DNA of 62,377 bases from a virus (lineage: Duplodnaviria > Caudoviricetes). The notes beneath the pieces are model-generated. The model saw nothing but the letters and a program-made list of their open reading frames with translations. It was not told the DNA's origin and searched no databases. How positions within the stretch are numbered: position 1 is the stretch's first letter; each line of letters opens with the position of its first letter. Positions 9,507-18,089 of this stretch are shown here, in pieces. A program made the position numbers and the translations under genes. The stretch spans positions 1-62,377 of IMG/VR virus record IMGVR_UViG_3300032288_001948; one strand, written 5' to 3'.

Positions 9507-9728
9507 TCAGTTTGTTTCAGGTTCGTCCACACCGCCATGTGTGGCGATGTAATCGGTCAGGTCGAGCAGGGTCTGCGTCAATGTCTTACTGAACCCTGCC
9601 ACAATGATGCGTGACTTGAGTATCTCCAGCATGTCCGGTGTCGAGTGCATATCTGTCTCGACAATGAAACGTAACAACTGATCGAACGCAATCAGCGCAC
9701 GTTCGTGGTCTGTGAACCCAGCAGCCAT
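9507..9728 (-). CDS. Hypothetical protein
   Basis: 73 aa, GAAAGG RBS directly after a palindrome. Confidence 0.7.
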   Translation of the reverse strand: MAAGFTDHERALIAFDQLLRFIVETDMHSTPDMLEILKSRIIVAGFSKTLTQTLLDLTDYIATHGGVDEPETN

Positions 9729-9747
9729 GTGCTACCTTTCTGTTAGA

Positions 9748-9867
9748 TCATCTAACAAACATGAGGATGTCGAGCATTGTCCACGCTGTGACGAACGTGA
9801 TGAACAGCATGGACACGAACACGGCGCCGGCGCCGATGATTTGAATAGAGATGGGTGCGTCATTCAT
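9748..9867 (-). CDS. 39-aa transmembrane peptide
   Basis: Manual translation MNDAPISIQIIGAGAVFVSMLFITFVTAWTMLDILMFVR*; GGAG RBS; stop lies inside a palindrome. Confidence 0.6.
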   Translation of the reverse strand: MNDAPISIQIIGAGAVFVSMLFITFVTAWTMLDILMFVR

Positions 9868-9871
9868 TTGT

Positions 9872-10102
9872 TTACTCCACAGTTGGTTCATGAAAGTCAG
9901 TGGCGTCGTCGAGCACCGGCTTGTCGAGCGCCTTAATCAGTCGATCGGTTAATTCTTTCAGCTCATCCATAGTGTCGCCATGATAGAATGGCTCACCATA
10001 GCTAAACGGCAGCTTGGTGCTGTCGTCGTAATACACCTCGGCGAACATATAGAGCGTCTCACCTGCCTCGGTCTTACGCACAACGCGATGATTCCAAAAC
10101 AT
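9872..10102 (-). CDS. Small phage protein (WNHRV...EVYY type)
   Basis: MFWNHRVV..AEVYYD; AAGGAG RBS. Confidence 0.7.
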   Translation of the reverse strand: MFWNHRVVRKTEAGETLYMFAEVYYDDSTKLPFSYGEPFYHGDTMDELKELTDRLIKALDKPVLDDATDFHEPTVE

Positions 10103-10112
10103 GGTTGTCTCC

Positions 10113-10319
10113 TTAGAACGGCATGTCATGTGTTTGGTTTAACCCCAGTTGCAGTCTGGTCATGCGAATCTCATAGTCCAGCGCCACGAGGCGCGGGCCA
10201 TCCTCAAGCCACTCGGCGTCTATGAAGTCAGCTTCCAGACGCTTGAGCTTGACGTTAAGTGGCTCGGCCTGAAACGCCGGGCTCGTGTAGTCGATCGGTC
10301 TGATGTGCGATTTACTCAT
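10113..10319 (-). CDS. Hypothetical protein
   Basis: Operon packing with neighbours. Confidence 0.6.
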   Translation of the reverse strand: MSKSHIRPIDYTSPAFQAEPLNVKLKRLEADFIDAEWLEDGPRLVALDYEIRMTRLQLGLNQTHDMPF

Positions 10320-10527
10320 TGTCTTTTTTCCATTCATCTGTGCCATGCTCGTTTACATACTCAATCAGGTCGGTCAGCATGATCCACACCCGATAGGATA
10401 TGCCTGATGCTTTGAGGCGATGGTTCAGCGCCTTGATCGTGTCGCCGTCAGCCAGCTCCGTCGAGCACATGGCCCTGAGAAGCTGGTCATACAGCACAAT
10501 CATTTCCTCATCCTTTGTATAGCTCAT
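10312..10527 (-). CDS. Hypothetical protein
   Basis: 71 aa, GGGGAG RBS, ATGA coupling. Confidence 0.65.
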   Translation of the reverse strand: MSYTKDEEMIVLYDQLLRAMCSTELADGDTIKALNHRLKASGISYRVWIMLTDLIEYVNEHGTDEWKKDNE

Positions 10528-10754
10528 AGGATTGTGCTCCCCTTATAGATGCCGATCAAAGCCCGGCGATCCATCGCACGGGTGTAGCCCTGCTTCGGGC
10601 CGGCTGGCACGATCGTCCAGCGTGAACGCTCTGTCGCCGCCATCATGTCCCCACACTTGAGGCATGTGTCATAACCCAGATGAGCGCGCCGGGCTGGATA
10701 CGGCTCGTCACAAACAGTGCAGTGATATTGGATGATACGTTTACCAGTGCTCAT
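10524..10754 (-). CDS. Small C4 zinc-finger protein (DksA/TraR-like spacing)
   Basis: CTVCDEPYPARR...TCLKC; GAAAGGA RBS. Confidence 0.65.
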   Translation of the reverse strand: MSTGKRIIQYHCTVCDEPYPARRAHLGYDTCLKCGDMMAATERSRWTIVPAGPKQGYTRAMDRRALIGIYKGSTIL

Positions 10755-11064
10755 GGTTTGTCCTTTCGTCGTTTGAGGTGGGCGGTTTTGTTGGATCATG
10801 TCGCTTCGCTTCCATTCCCAACTTTGTTAGACAATCTAACAAACATAAAAGTTTTAATAGATGAATGAGTGGATGAATATATAAATGAACGCGCGGTGGC
10901 GGGACGCTACCCCCGCCACACGCAGTAATCACCAGTCGAGGGGCGGTCGACGCCCAATCGAATGGCTTAGACATATTCACGGTGATAAACAGCACACAGC
11001 GGTTTGATAGATGATCTAACAAACTGGATGGACGCGTCACGCGCAGCACCCGACTGATAGCTAA

Positions 11065-11093
11065 AGACTAGCATATAAAGGTTTGATTGTCAA
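11065..11093 (-). promoter_or_regulatory. Sigma70-type early promoter
   Basis: Minus strand TTGACA-17 nt-TAGTCT with TG at the extended -10 position. Confidence 0.7.
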
Positions 11094-11252
11094 GTTAAAT
11101 CTTTTGATTACAACCATGAAGTTTTAGCGCGGATTAGTGCTGGTCGATGGTCAAATTACCACGAGTTTATAGGATGATTGCATGGTGTAGGCGGATTATA
11201 TGCGGAATAGGCGACTTATATTCCTAATAGTCAAAAAATGGATTTATGTAAG

Positions 11253-11452
11253 TTATTGTAATCGGCCCAAATAGACAGGTAGTCAACTTTCAAACTAGTA
11301 TGAACGATTTTTACTGGAAAACGCGTTATATTTTCGTGATGTTAATGGTTGATGCAATACGCCGGTGGCGCACAAAAAATAAAAAAACCTTGTTTATATT
11401 TATTTTTATATGGATATTCTGACTACCTGTCTATTTCGGCCAATATCAATAA
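11253..11452. repeat. 33-bp inverted repeat pair (11253-11285 / 11420-11452), 134-bp spacer
   Basis: 29/33 identity; perfect 17-bp core AAATAGACAGGTAGTCA. Confidence 0.85.
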
Positions 11453-11577
11453 GTTCTGGTATGTCAACATAGGCAACTGGTCTAAAAGCACCGCCTTTTG
11501 GTAGACTAATCCTGTCTTTTCGTGGCAATAACAAGCACTTGTGGTTTTGTTAGATCATCTAACAAAATTCCGTGACT

Positions 11578-11638
11578 TTAATAGGTGTATCCTGTCAACA
11601 TATTAATAGGTGTAAATTTATAAAGTTTTAATAGGTGT
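11578..11638. repeat. Three direct repeats TTAATAGGTGT with exact 25-bp period
   Basis: Copies at 11578, 11603, 11628. Confidence 0.85.
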
Positions 11639-11750
11639 TATGTTTGCGTGCGTTCGAAAGCACCTAACTACTATGCCGAGATTTGATTGAGGCATGTGCG
11701 CGATTGATTCGCGCGCTGCATCTGTTTGATTAAATGTAAACATATAGGCA

Positions 11751-11780
11751 AATAAAAAGGGGCGCTCTCGCGCCCCTCTC
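11751..11780 (-). terminator. Rho-independent terminator
   Basis: GGGGCGC-GAGA-GCGCCCC-TTTTTATT after the 11785-12411 gene. Confidence 0.8.
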
Positions 11781-11784
11781 TGGA

Positions 11785-12411
11785 TCATTCGCAATTCGCA
11801 ATCTCGGCTTGCGCTGCGGCAAGCGCCACGGTTAGCGCCTTCACGAAAGCCGCGCTGGCTTGCGGCTTTACGATCGACAAAAGCGCCGCGAGATTTTCCC
11901 GTGCAAACATTGCCGCTTCGCGCGCCGTGGCCGGCTTATAGTCAACGCCAATGGCCGGCTTTTCGGCTTTCGCCTTTTCAGGCTTGGCCGGCGTCGCAGC
12001 CTTGGCCGTTTCCACCTTGGCCGTTTCGGCTTCCGTCTTGCGACCGGCGTTGTCGCGCTTGCCGCCGCGCTTATCAGTCGCGACTAGCCCGGCTTCCTTC
12101 CTAATGTGAAAGGCATAATTGCGCGCGGCGCTTGCCGCTTTGTCATACCATGTCGCGCGCGCTTTCGCGGCTTTCGCCTTTTCAGCCGCGACCATGCCAA
12201 GCGCGGTTTTCGCGTTGCCGCCCTTTACATTGGCGATAACGTATTGAACCATGCGCGCGCCCCAAAGCCACACTTCCAATTCGGCAATCGCCTTCTCGCC
12301 CTTGCAGGCTTTGGCGCGAGCGATAACCTTGCCGCGCGCGTTGCCTTCCGCGTGCACGAGCGCAACGTCGGCGGCATGAGCGGACATGATCGCGAGAAAA
12401 TCATTAGACAT
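11785..12411 (-). CDS. Ala/Lys-rich monocistronic early protein
   Basis: 208 aa, GAAAGGA RBS, own terminator, palindrome upstream. Confidence 0.8.
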   Translation of the reverse strand: MSNDFLAIMSAHAADVALVHAEGNARGKVIARAKACKGEKAIAELEVWLWGARMVQYVIANVKGGNAKTALGMVAAEKAKAAKARATWYDKAASAARNYAFHIRKEAGLVATDKRGGKRDNAGRKTEAETAKVETAKAATPAKPEKAKAEKPAIGVDYKPATAREAAMFARENLAALLSIVKPQASAAFVKALTVALAAAQAEIANCE

Positions 12412-12694
12412 TGTTTTATCCTTTCATAATTAAATCATCATTTGATGACCCTCATATTGAAATATACTTTTGTTAGATTGTCAAACAAAACTTATGCGCC
12501 CGGCCCTATATAAAGAATTCTTGCCACCCCCACCCCACCCCCCCAAGGGGTTTGCGCCGATTGCTATAATACATATTCATGGTCATCCATATATTTTTTA
12601 GAAATTTTTCCATAAATAAAATTCCATGACTTTATACGTTGATACCTCCCCACACCTTCAACTCTAAAAAATTTTTTATAAAATTTAGCCAAAA

Positions 12695-12723
12695 TTGACA
12701 TCGGCCCCCGTCACTCGTATTCT
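12695..12723 (+). promoter_or_regulatory. Sigma70-type promoter for the structural operon
   Basis: TTGACA-17 nt-TATTCT preceded by an AT-rich UP-like tract; GGAGG RBS and ATG at 12745. Confidence 0.75.
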
Positions 12724-12744
12724 TCAAAAAACTCGGAGGCTTAA

Positions 12745-13119
12745 ATGGCGAACTCGTCGCGTGTCGTGGCTGAACTGAAGCTGCGTTGTTTTTATGCTCG
12801 TGACGAAGCGCATAGCGCTCATTTGACGACAACGTCTTATGCCCAGCACATGGCGCTCGGAGCTTTTTATGACGAGATGCCTGATTTGGTCGACAGTCTG
12901 GTTGAATCGTATCAGGGCATCTACGGAATCGTGGAAGATAAACCCAACGTCACGATGCCGGCTGGCGGCATGGTTCCGATTTTGACTCAGCTCCGCAAGT
13001 GGATCATGGCCAACCGCGACAGTGTTGGTATATCGGACGACACCGAGCTTCAGAACGACATCGACTCGATCGTGACGCTGATCAACCGCACCATGTATAA
13101 GCTGAAGAATCTGAGATGA
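12745..13119 (+). CDS. Ferritin/Dps-like four-helix protein (DUF5856-like)
   Basis: AHLTTTSYAQHMALGAFYDE..DSLVESYQG, ELQNDID...YKL. Confidence 0.7.
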   Translation: MANSSRVVAELKLRCFYARDEAHSAHLTTTSYAQHMALGAFYDEMPDLVDSLVESYQGIYGIVEDKPNVTMPAGGMVPILTQLRKWIMANRDSVGISDDTELQNDIDSIVTLINRTMYKLKNLR

Positions 13120-13559
13120 CCGATCTGACCGTTCGACCGACAGCGAATGTGAATCCGGACAACCCGTCCGAGATCGAGATTTACCCGCCGACGTTGCCGC
13201 TTGAGGTGGCGTTGAAGACGGCGTCGGTCAAAGATATTTGCGAGGCGTACGGCCTGTCGAAAGACGAGTGGGAAAAGCTCAAGGTCAACCCCATGTTCGT
13301 CCACGAGGTGGCGGCGTATCGCGATGCGCTCAAGAAGGACGGCGGTATGTCCTTCAAGATGAAAGCCCGGCTGCAATCAGAGGAGCTTCTGAAGACCAGC
13401 TGGCGGATGATCCACGACCGGAGCGGTGACGTGTCTCCGCAGGTGCAGGCGGACTTGATCAAGTTCACCATCCGGGCGGCGGGTTTGGACGGAAGCAAAG
13501 ATCAGGCGGCACAAGCCGGGCAACAGAACGCGCTTCAGATCAACATCAATCTTGGATAG
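13116..13559 (+). CDS. Putative terminase small subunit
   Basis: HTH-like N-terminal half, C-terminal beta strand LQININLG, upstream of TerL. Confidence 0.55.
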   Translation: MTDLTVRPTANVNPDNPSEIEIYPPTLPLEVALKTASVKDICEAYGLSKDEWEKLKVNPMFVHEVAAYRDALKKDGGMSFKMKARLQSEELLKTSWRMIHDRSGDVSPQVQADLIKFTIRAAGLDGSKDQAAQAGQQNALQININLG

Positions 13560-13569
13560 GAGCAGGACA

Positions 13570-13821
13570 ATGGCGTTTGGGATGATGGCCCCGAAGGGCA
13601 AGATGCCGATGAAAAAAGGCCCGGGCAATCCGGCGAATACGAAGGGCGGCAAGAACGCCATTTCGATGAAGGGCAACAACGAGAAAATGCCGGGCGGCAA
13701 ACAGGCCGGCGAGTACACCAAGAAGCCTGCGCCGAGCGACGCCCCGATGCGCGCTGTGAAAGCGCTGCCGGCTAAGAGCAAGGGCAAAGTTCCGGCGCCG
13801 TTCAAGAAGGGCGCTAAGTGA
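13570..13821 (+). CDS. Small basic K/G/P-rich protein
   Basis: AGGA RBS; composition. Confidence 0.6.
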   Translation: MAFGMMAPKGKMPMKKGPGNPANTKGGKNAISMKGNNEKMPGGKQAGEYTKKPAPSDAPMRAVKALPAKSKGKVPAPFKKGAK

Positions 13822-14027
13822 AAAGCCTGATTATTCTCGCGCAGCTGGCTGCGGTGCCGGGGCCGACCGGGATGGCGATTTTGCCGAATGGTCAGGCGGT
13901 GCCGCAGATCAGCGAGAACATGGCGGCGGGCCAGAATGGCCCAGCCACTTACATGGTGCCGCGACCGGAGTCCGGTTACGGCGACTCGCTCTATATTCGT
14001 CGCGATCGATACGAGGATGATGAGTGA
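13818..14027 (+). CDS. Hypothetical protein
   Basis: Operon packing, 69 aa. Confidence 0.5.
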   Translation: MKSLIILAQLAAVPGPTGMAILPNGQAVPQISENMAAGQNGPATYMVPRPESGYGDSLYIRRDRYEDDE

Positions 14028-14308
14028 TGGCTAAGACTCGGCACGGCATGGTGAAGTCACCCGCGTGGCAGCGCTCAGAGGGCAAGAACCCCGAGGGCGG
14101 CCTGAACGCCAAAGGTCGCGCGTCGGCCAAGAAACAGGGCATGAACCTGAAACCGCCAGCGCCGAATCCCAAGACCAAGGAAGACGCCGGGCGGCGCAAG
14201 TCGTTCTGCGCCCGGATGTCCGGCATGAAAAGCAAGCTCACCAGCGCCAAGACGGCAAATGATCCGGATTCGCGGATCAACAAATCGCTACGAGCGTGGA
14301 ATTGTTGA
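14024..14308 (+). CDS. Conserved basic phage protein (RRKSFCARM type)
   Basis: GGLNAKGRAS...RRKSFCARM...PDSRINKSLRAWNC. Confidence 0.75.
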   Translation: MMAKTRHGMVKSPAWQRSEGKNPEGGLNAKGRASAKKQGMNLKPPAPNPKTKEDAGRRKSFCARMSGMKSKLTSAKTANDPDSRINKSLRAWNC

Positions 14309-14315
14309 GGTCCGA

Positions 14316-15740
14316 GTGAGTGACGCGATCAATTATACACCCCCGCCGACGATCAAAGAATTCATCAAAGATCATCGCGCGGGGGAGCTGTTTTACGACT
14401 GGATCGTAGGTCCGGTCGGCTCCGGCAAGACGACGGGCATTTTCTTCAAGCTCGTTCATATGGCGGCGCAGCAGAAACCGTCACCTGATGGCGTGCGCCG
14501 GACGCGCGCCGTGATTGTTCGTAACACTTTGCCGCAGCTTCGCGATACGACGCTGTCGTCATGGGCGTACTGGTTCAAGGATGGACAGGCTGGCCAGTGG
14601 TTGGCCACGCAGAACAAGTTCATCCTGAAGTTTAATGATGTGGAGTGTGAGGTCTTATTCCGCCCTCTGGACACGGCCGACGACGTCGCGCGCGTGCTCT
14701 CGTTGGAGGTGACCTTTGCAATCCTCGACGAATTTGTACAAATCCCGCGTGAGATTGTGGATGCGCTATCAGCGCGTCTTGGCCGCTATCCAGCAAGCAA
14801 AGATGGCGGCGCCACGAACTGGGGCATGTGGGGGTCATCGAACCCCGATACAGAAGACAATTGGTGGTTCGACTATCTGCACAATAGTCTACCCGAAAAC
14901 GCTCGGTATTTCGTGCAGCCATCTGGTTTTAGCGATTCTGCTGAGAACTTGATGAATCTGCCGGGCAATGCCGGGTATTATACGAACCAAGCCAAAGGCA
15001 AGTCTGAGGCGTGGATTAAGCAGTTTATTGAGGCGGAATGGGGGTATTCGGCTGCCGGCAAACCGGTCGTCCCGACATTTAAGGGCGACCTGCATATTGC
15101 CAAAAGCGCATTAAAGTATCATCCTACGCTCCCTCTTATTATTGGCTTGGACCCGGGGATAACAGGCTCAGCACTTATTTTTGGACAGGAGGACTTACAT
15201 GGTCGTCTTCTGGTTCTGGGTGAGCTTGTTCAGTCTGGGTATGGCATCGAACGCCTCATCCAAGAAAAAGTCCGCCCCTATATACGTTCCCGTTTTCCGG
15301 ACGCGCGCGTCACAATTGCGCCTGATCCGGCGGCTGCTAACCGAGCACAGACAGACGAACGGGCGGTGGTAGACGTCATCAAGCGGCACTATCCGGTGAA
15401 GATCGAGACAAACAACCGGCTGGCGATGCGCTTGAATGCGATCGAGCATTATACAACGCGGCTGACCGACATCGGCCCGGCGCTGCTCGTTGACGCCAAA
15501 GAGTGCCCGGTTCTGGTGCGCGCCCTCAAGGGCGGCTGGCGCTATGTCGTTGACACGAAGCGTGATACCATTAAAGGCGCAGAGCCCGAGAAGAACGCGT
15601 ACTCCCACCCCGGCGACGCGTTCGGGTATCTGTGCAGGTATTTCCATCGGCAGTCTGAGCGCGATGCGCGTTACTCAGTCGGTGGCCGCAAGCCGTTCAC
15701 TCCGCCGCGCCAGTTTGGCAGCGCGTATCATTTTAGGTGA
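14316..15740 (+). CDS. terL: Terminase large subunit
   Basis: Walker A GPVGSGKT, VRNTLPQLRDTT, Walker B AILDE, nuclease IGLDPG and HPGDAFGY. Confidence 0.92.
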   Translation: MSDAINYTPPPTIKEFIKDHRAGELFYDWIVGPVGSGKTTGIFFKLVHMAAQQKPSPDGVRRTRAVIVRNTLPQLRDTTLSSWAYWFKDGQAGQWLATQNKFILKFNDVECEVLFRPLDTADDVARVLSLEVTFAILDEFVQIPREIVDALSARLGRYPASKDGGATNWGMWGSSNPDTEDNWWFDYLHNSLPENARYFVQPSGFSDSAENLMNLPGNAGYYTNQAKGKSEAWIKQFIEAEWGYSAAGKPVVPTFKGDLHIAKSALKYHPTLPLIIGLDPGITGSALIFGQEDLHGRLLVLGELVQSGYGIERLIQEKVRPYIRSRFPDARVTIAPDPAAANRAQTDERAVVDVIKRHYPVKIETNNRLAMRLNAIEHYTTRLTDIGPALLVDAKECPVLVRALKGGWRYVVDTKRDTIKGAEPEKNAYSHPGDAFGYLCRYFHRQSERDARYSVGGRKPFTPPRQFGSAYHFR

Positions 15741-15745
15741 GACAC

Positions 15746-17917
15746 ATGATCACGACTGACATCAAAGGCCCGGCCTCGGCGGCAGCGGAACAAATGCCCC
15801 CGGACGTCATGGTGAATGACCCTGAAACGGCGCCGGTTCCGGTGATTCGGTCAGAGGAGCTGCGCCAGCTTGGCCAGAACCTCGACAAGCTGTTCATGCA
15901 GTACGTGTCAGATCGACGCATCGCGGAGCTGAAATGGCTGAGAAATCTACGTCAGTATCTCGGGCTGTACGACCCGGAGATCGAGAAGGAGATGTCGGTC
16001 AACCGATCGAAGGCATACCCGCGCATCACACGCGTCAAATGTATTTCGGTCCTGTCGCGGATCATGAATTTGATGTTCCCCGGCAACGAGCGCAACTGGC
16101 AGCTTCAAGCGTCTCCGTCACCGGATATGTCTCCGGAAGACGTGATGCAGGCGATCCAGACGCTGATGCAAAAGGCCCAAGAAGCCGGGCTGCCGCCGGC
16201 GCTGAGTGATGAGATGGTCAAGAGCGCTGTTCAGAATCTGGCGAATGACCGGGCTGAACTCCTGTCAGTTCTGATCGATGACCAGCTTCAGGAACTGGGC
16301 GGGGATCAGACGCTCGACTACGTTTCGCTTGCGCGCAAGGTCGCGCAGTCAGGTATTCTGTACGGCCTCGGCGTCCTCAAGGGTCCGTTTGTGCGTACGG
16401 CGCAGACAACGCGCTGGCAGTTTGACCCGGTGACGCAGATGCCGATGCCGGTGACGCAGACGATTTATAAGCCGATGTTTGAGTTCATGCCGATCTGGGA
16501 CTTCTACCCGGATATGTCGGCCAAGACGTTCGCGCAGATGGACGGCTATTTCAGCCGGGTTGTCATGTCGCGCTCGCAGATTCGCGCTCTGGCGGATCGC
16601 CCGGACTTCTTCCCCGACCAAGTGAAGCAGTACCTGAAAAATCACCCGCAGGGGAATTATCGCCCGCAGCCGTTCGAGACGGAGCTGCGCGCCATGGGCG
16701 TCAAGGTCAACGTCAATGAGATGAAATCGGAGACGACCAAGTACGAGATTCTGGTTTGGAATGGCCCGGTTGGCGGGCAGTTCCTACAGATGGCTGGCGT
16801 GGATGTGCCGGAAGATAAGCTGGCGGACGACATCGACGCCGAAGTCTGGATGATCGAAGGCAACATCATCAAAGCGGACATGAACCCTTGGCGAAAGATC
16901 GGGGCGGACGTAAAGACCATTCACACATTCCTGTTCGACGAGGACGACACAAGTCCGGTCGGGAATGGCCTGCCAAATGTTGTCCGGGACTCTCAGATGT
17001 CGATCAGTGCCGCCACGCGGATGCTGCTGGACAATGCAAGCGTCGTCTGCGGGCCGAATCTGGAGTTAAACACAGACCTCCTGCGCCCCGACCAAGACTT
17101 GACGTCGACTTCAGCTTACAAAATTTGGTACCGGGAGGGCACTGGCCCGGATGCGATGCAGCCGGCGGTGAGGAATCTTGCGATTGACGCGCATCTCGAC
17201 GATCTGCTGAAGACGATCGAGCTGTTCATGAAGTTCGCAGATATGGAAACTTTCGTCGGTCCGGCGACCGGCGGCGATATGGAACGGGGCATGAGTGAGC
17301 CGATGCGTACGGCGGCTGGCGCCTCCATGTTGCGCGGTGACGCGGCTTTGCCGTTCAAAGATATCATCCGTAACTTTGATATTTTCACGCAGTCGCTGAT
17401 CAACTCGCTGGTGCAGTTCAACCGCAAGTTCAATCCTGATCTGGCGCCGGAAGGTGACTATAACGTGCTTGCACGTGGCGCCACCTCGCTGATCGCGAAG
17501 GAAGTTCGCGGGATGCAGGTCGACCAGTTGGCGGCGACGCTGACCCCGGCCGAGGCGATGCACATTGACGAGCGCAAATTGATCGAGGCGCGCGTCAAGG
17601 TTCGCGACCTTGGTGATCTGTTGGTGCCGGCGGATGAAGCGAAACGTCGTCAGCAGCAGGCGTCTCAGGCGCAAGAGATCATGCAGCAGCAGCAGGCTGA
17701 GCAGGTCGCGGCCAACGTCCGTAAGACACTTTCTGACGCGTATAAAAATATTGCTCAAGGCCAGAAGAACACAGCCAATGCTGAAGCTGCGACCATTCAG
17801 GCCGCGCTAGACATTCTGGAGAAGGGCGTCGAGCAGGAGGTCAGCGGTGAAGGTGGATCGGAGAACAGCCCAAGCGGAGCTGGTGAAAGCAATTCAGGAG
17901 CGGGCCGGAACGTATGA
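15746..17917 (+). CDS. Portal protein
   Basis: ~720 aa directly after TerL; podovirus portal-like features (WDFYPD, RTAAGASML, Q-rich tail). Confidence 0.85.
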   Translation: MITTDIKGPASAAAEQMPPDVMVNDPETAPVPVIRSEELRQLGQNLDKLFMQYVSDRRIAELKWLRNLRQYLGLYDPEIEKEMSVNRSKAYPRITRVKCISVLSRIMNLMFPGNERNWQLQASPSPDMSPEDVMQAIQTLMQKAQEAGLPPALSDEMVKSAVQNLANDRAELLSVLIDDQLQELGGDQTLDYVSLARKVAQSGILYGLGVLKGPFVRTAQTTRWQFDPVTQMPMPVTQTIYKPMFEFMPIWDFYPDMSAKTFAQMDGYFSRVVMSRSQIRALADRPDFFPDQVKQYLKNHPQGNYRPQPFETELRAMGVKVNVNEMKSETTKYEILVWNGPVGGQFLQMAGVDVPEDKLADDIDAEVWMIEGNIIKADMNPWRKIGADVKTIHTFLFDEDDTSPVGNGLPNVVRDSQMSISAATRMLLDNASVVCGPNLELNTDLLRPDQDLTSTSAYKIWYREGTGPDAMQPAVRNLAIDAHLDDLLKTIELFMKFADMETFVGPATGGDMERGMSEPMRTAAGASMLRGDAALPFKDIIRNFDIFTQSLINSLVQFNRKFNPDLAPEGDYNVLARGATSLIAKEVRGMQVDQLAATLTPAEAMHIDERKLIEARVKVRDLGDLLVPADEAKRRQQQASQAQEIMQQQQAEQVAANVRKTLSDAYKNIAQGQKNTANAEAATIQAALDILEKGVEQEVSGEGGSENSPSGAGESNSGAGRNV

Positions 17918-18080
17918 AGTTCAGCAGGTAATGGACCTGCTGAACTTGCTTCTTGAAGATTCGAAGCATAATCTGGTGAATGCAGACAAAGAGCGAATCT
18001 TTCATCTTCAAGCCGAGGCGCAAACTTACGCCAACCTCATTCGGATGCTGACGCGCCCCAGCATCCGTCCTCAAACTTAG
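17847..18080 (+). CDS. Small head-assembly-region protein
   Basis: Between portal and scaffold; helical LQAEAQ motif. Confidence 0.65.
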   Translation: MKVDRRTAQAELVKAIQERAGTYEVQQVMDLLNLLLEDSKHNLVNADKERIFHLQAEAQTYANLIRMLTRPSIRPQT

Positions 18081-18089
18081 GAGTAGTCC

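Larger units (their letters stand above)
4932..12489. promoter_or_regulatory. Nine dispersed 21-bp palindromes TTTGTTAGAYNRTCTAACAAA (operator-like)
   Basis: Copies start at 4932, 6767, 7833, 8659, 9739, 10823, 11003, 11546, 12469. Confidence 0.85.

Noticed and set aside
4932-12489. Palindromes as a CRISPR array or integron attC sites
   Set aside because: Spacing is irregular (180-1800 bp) with whole genes between copies; no cas genes or integron integrase; no attC R/L box structure
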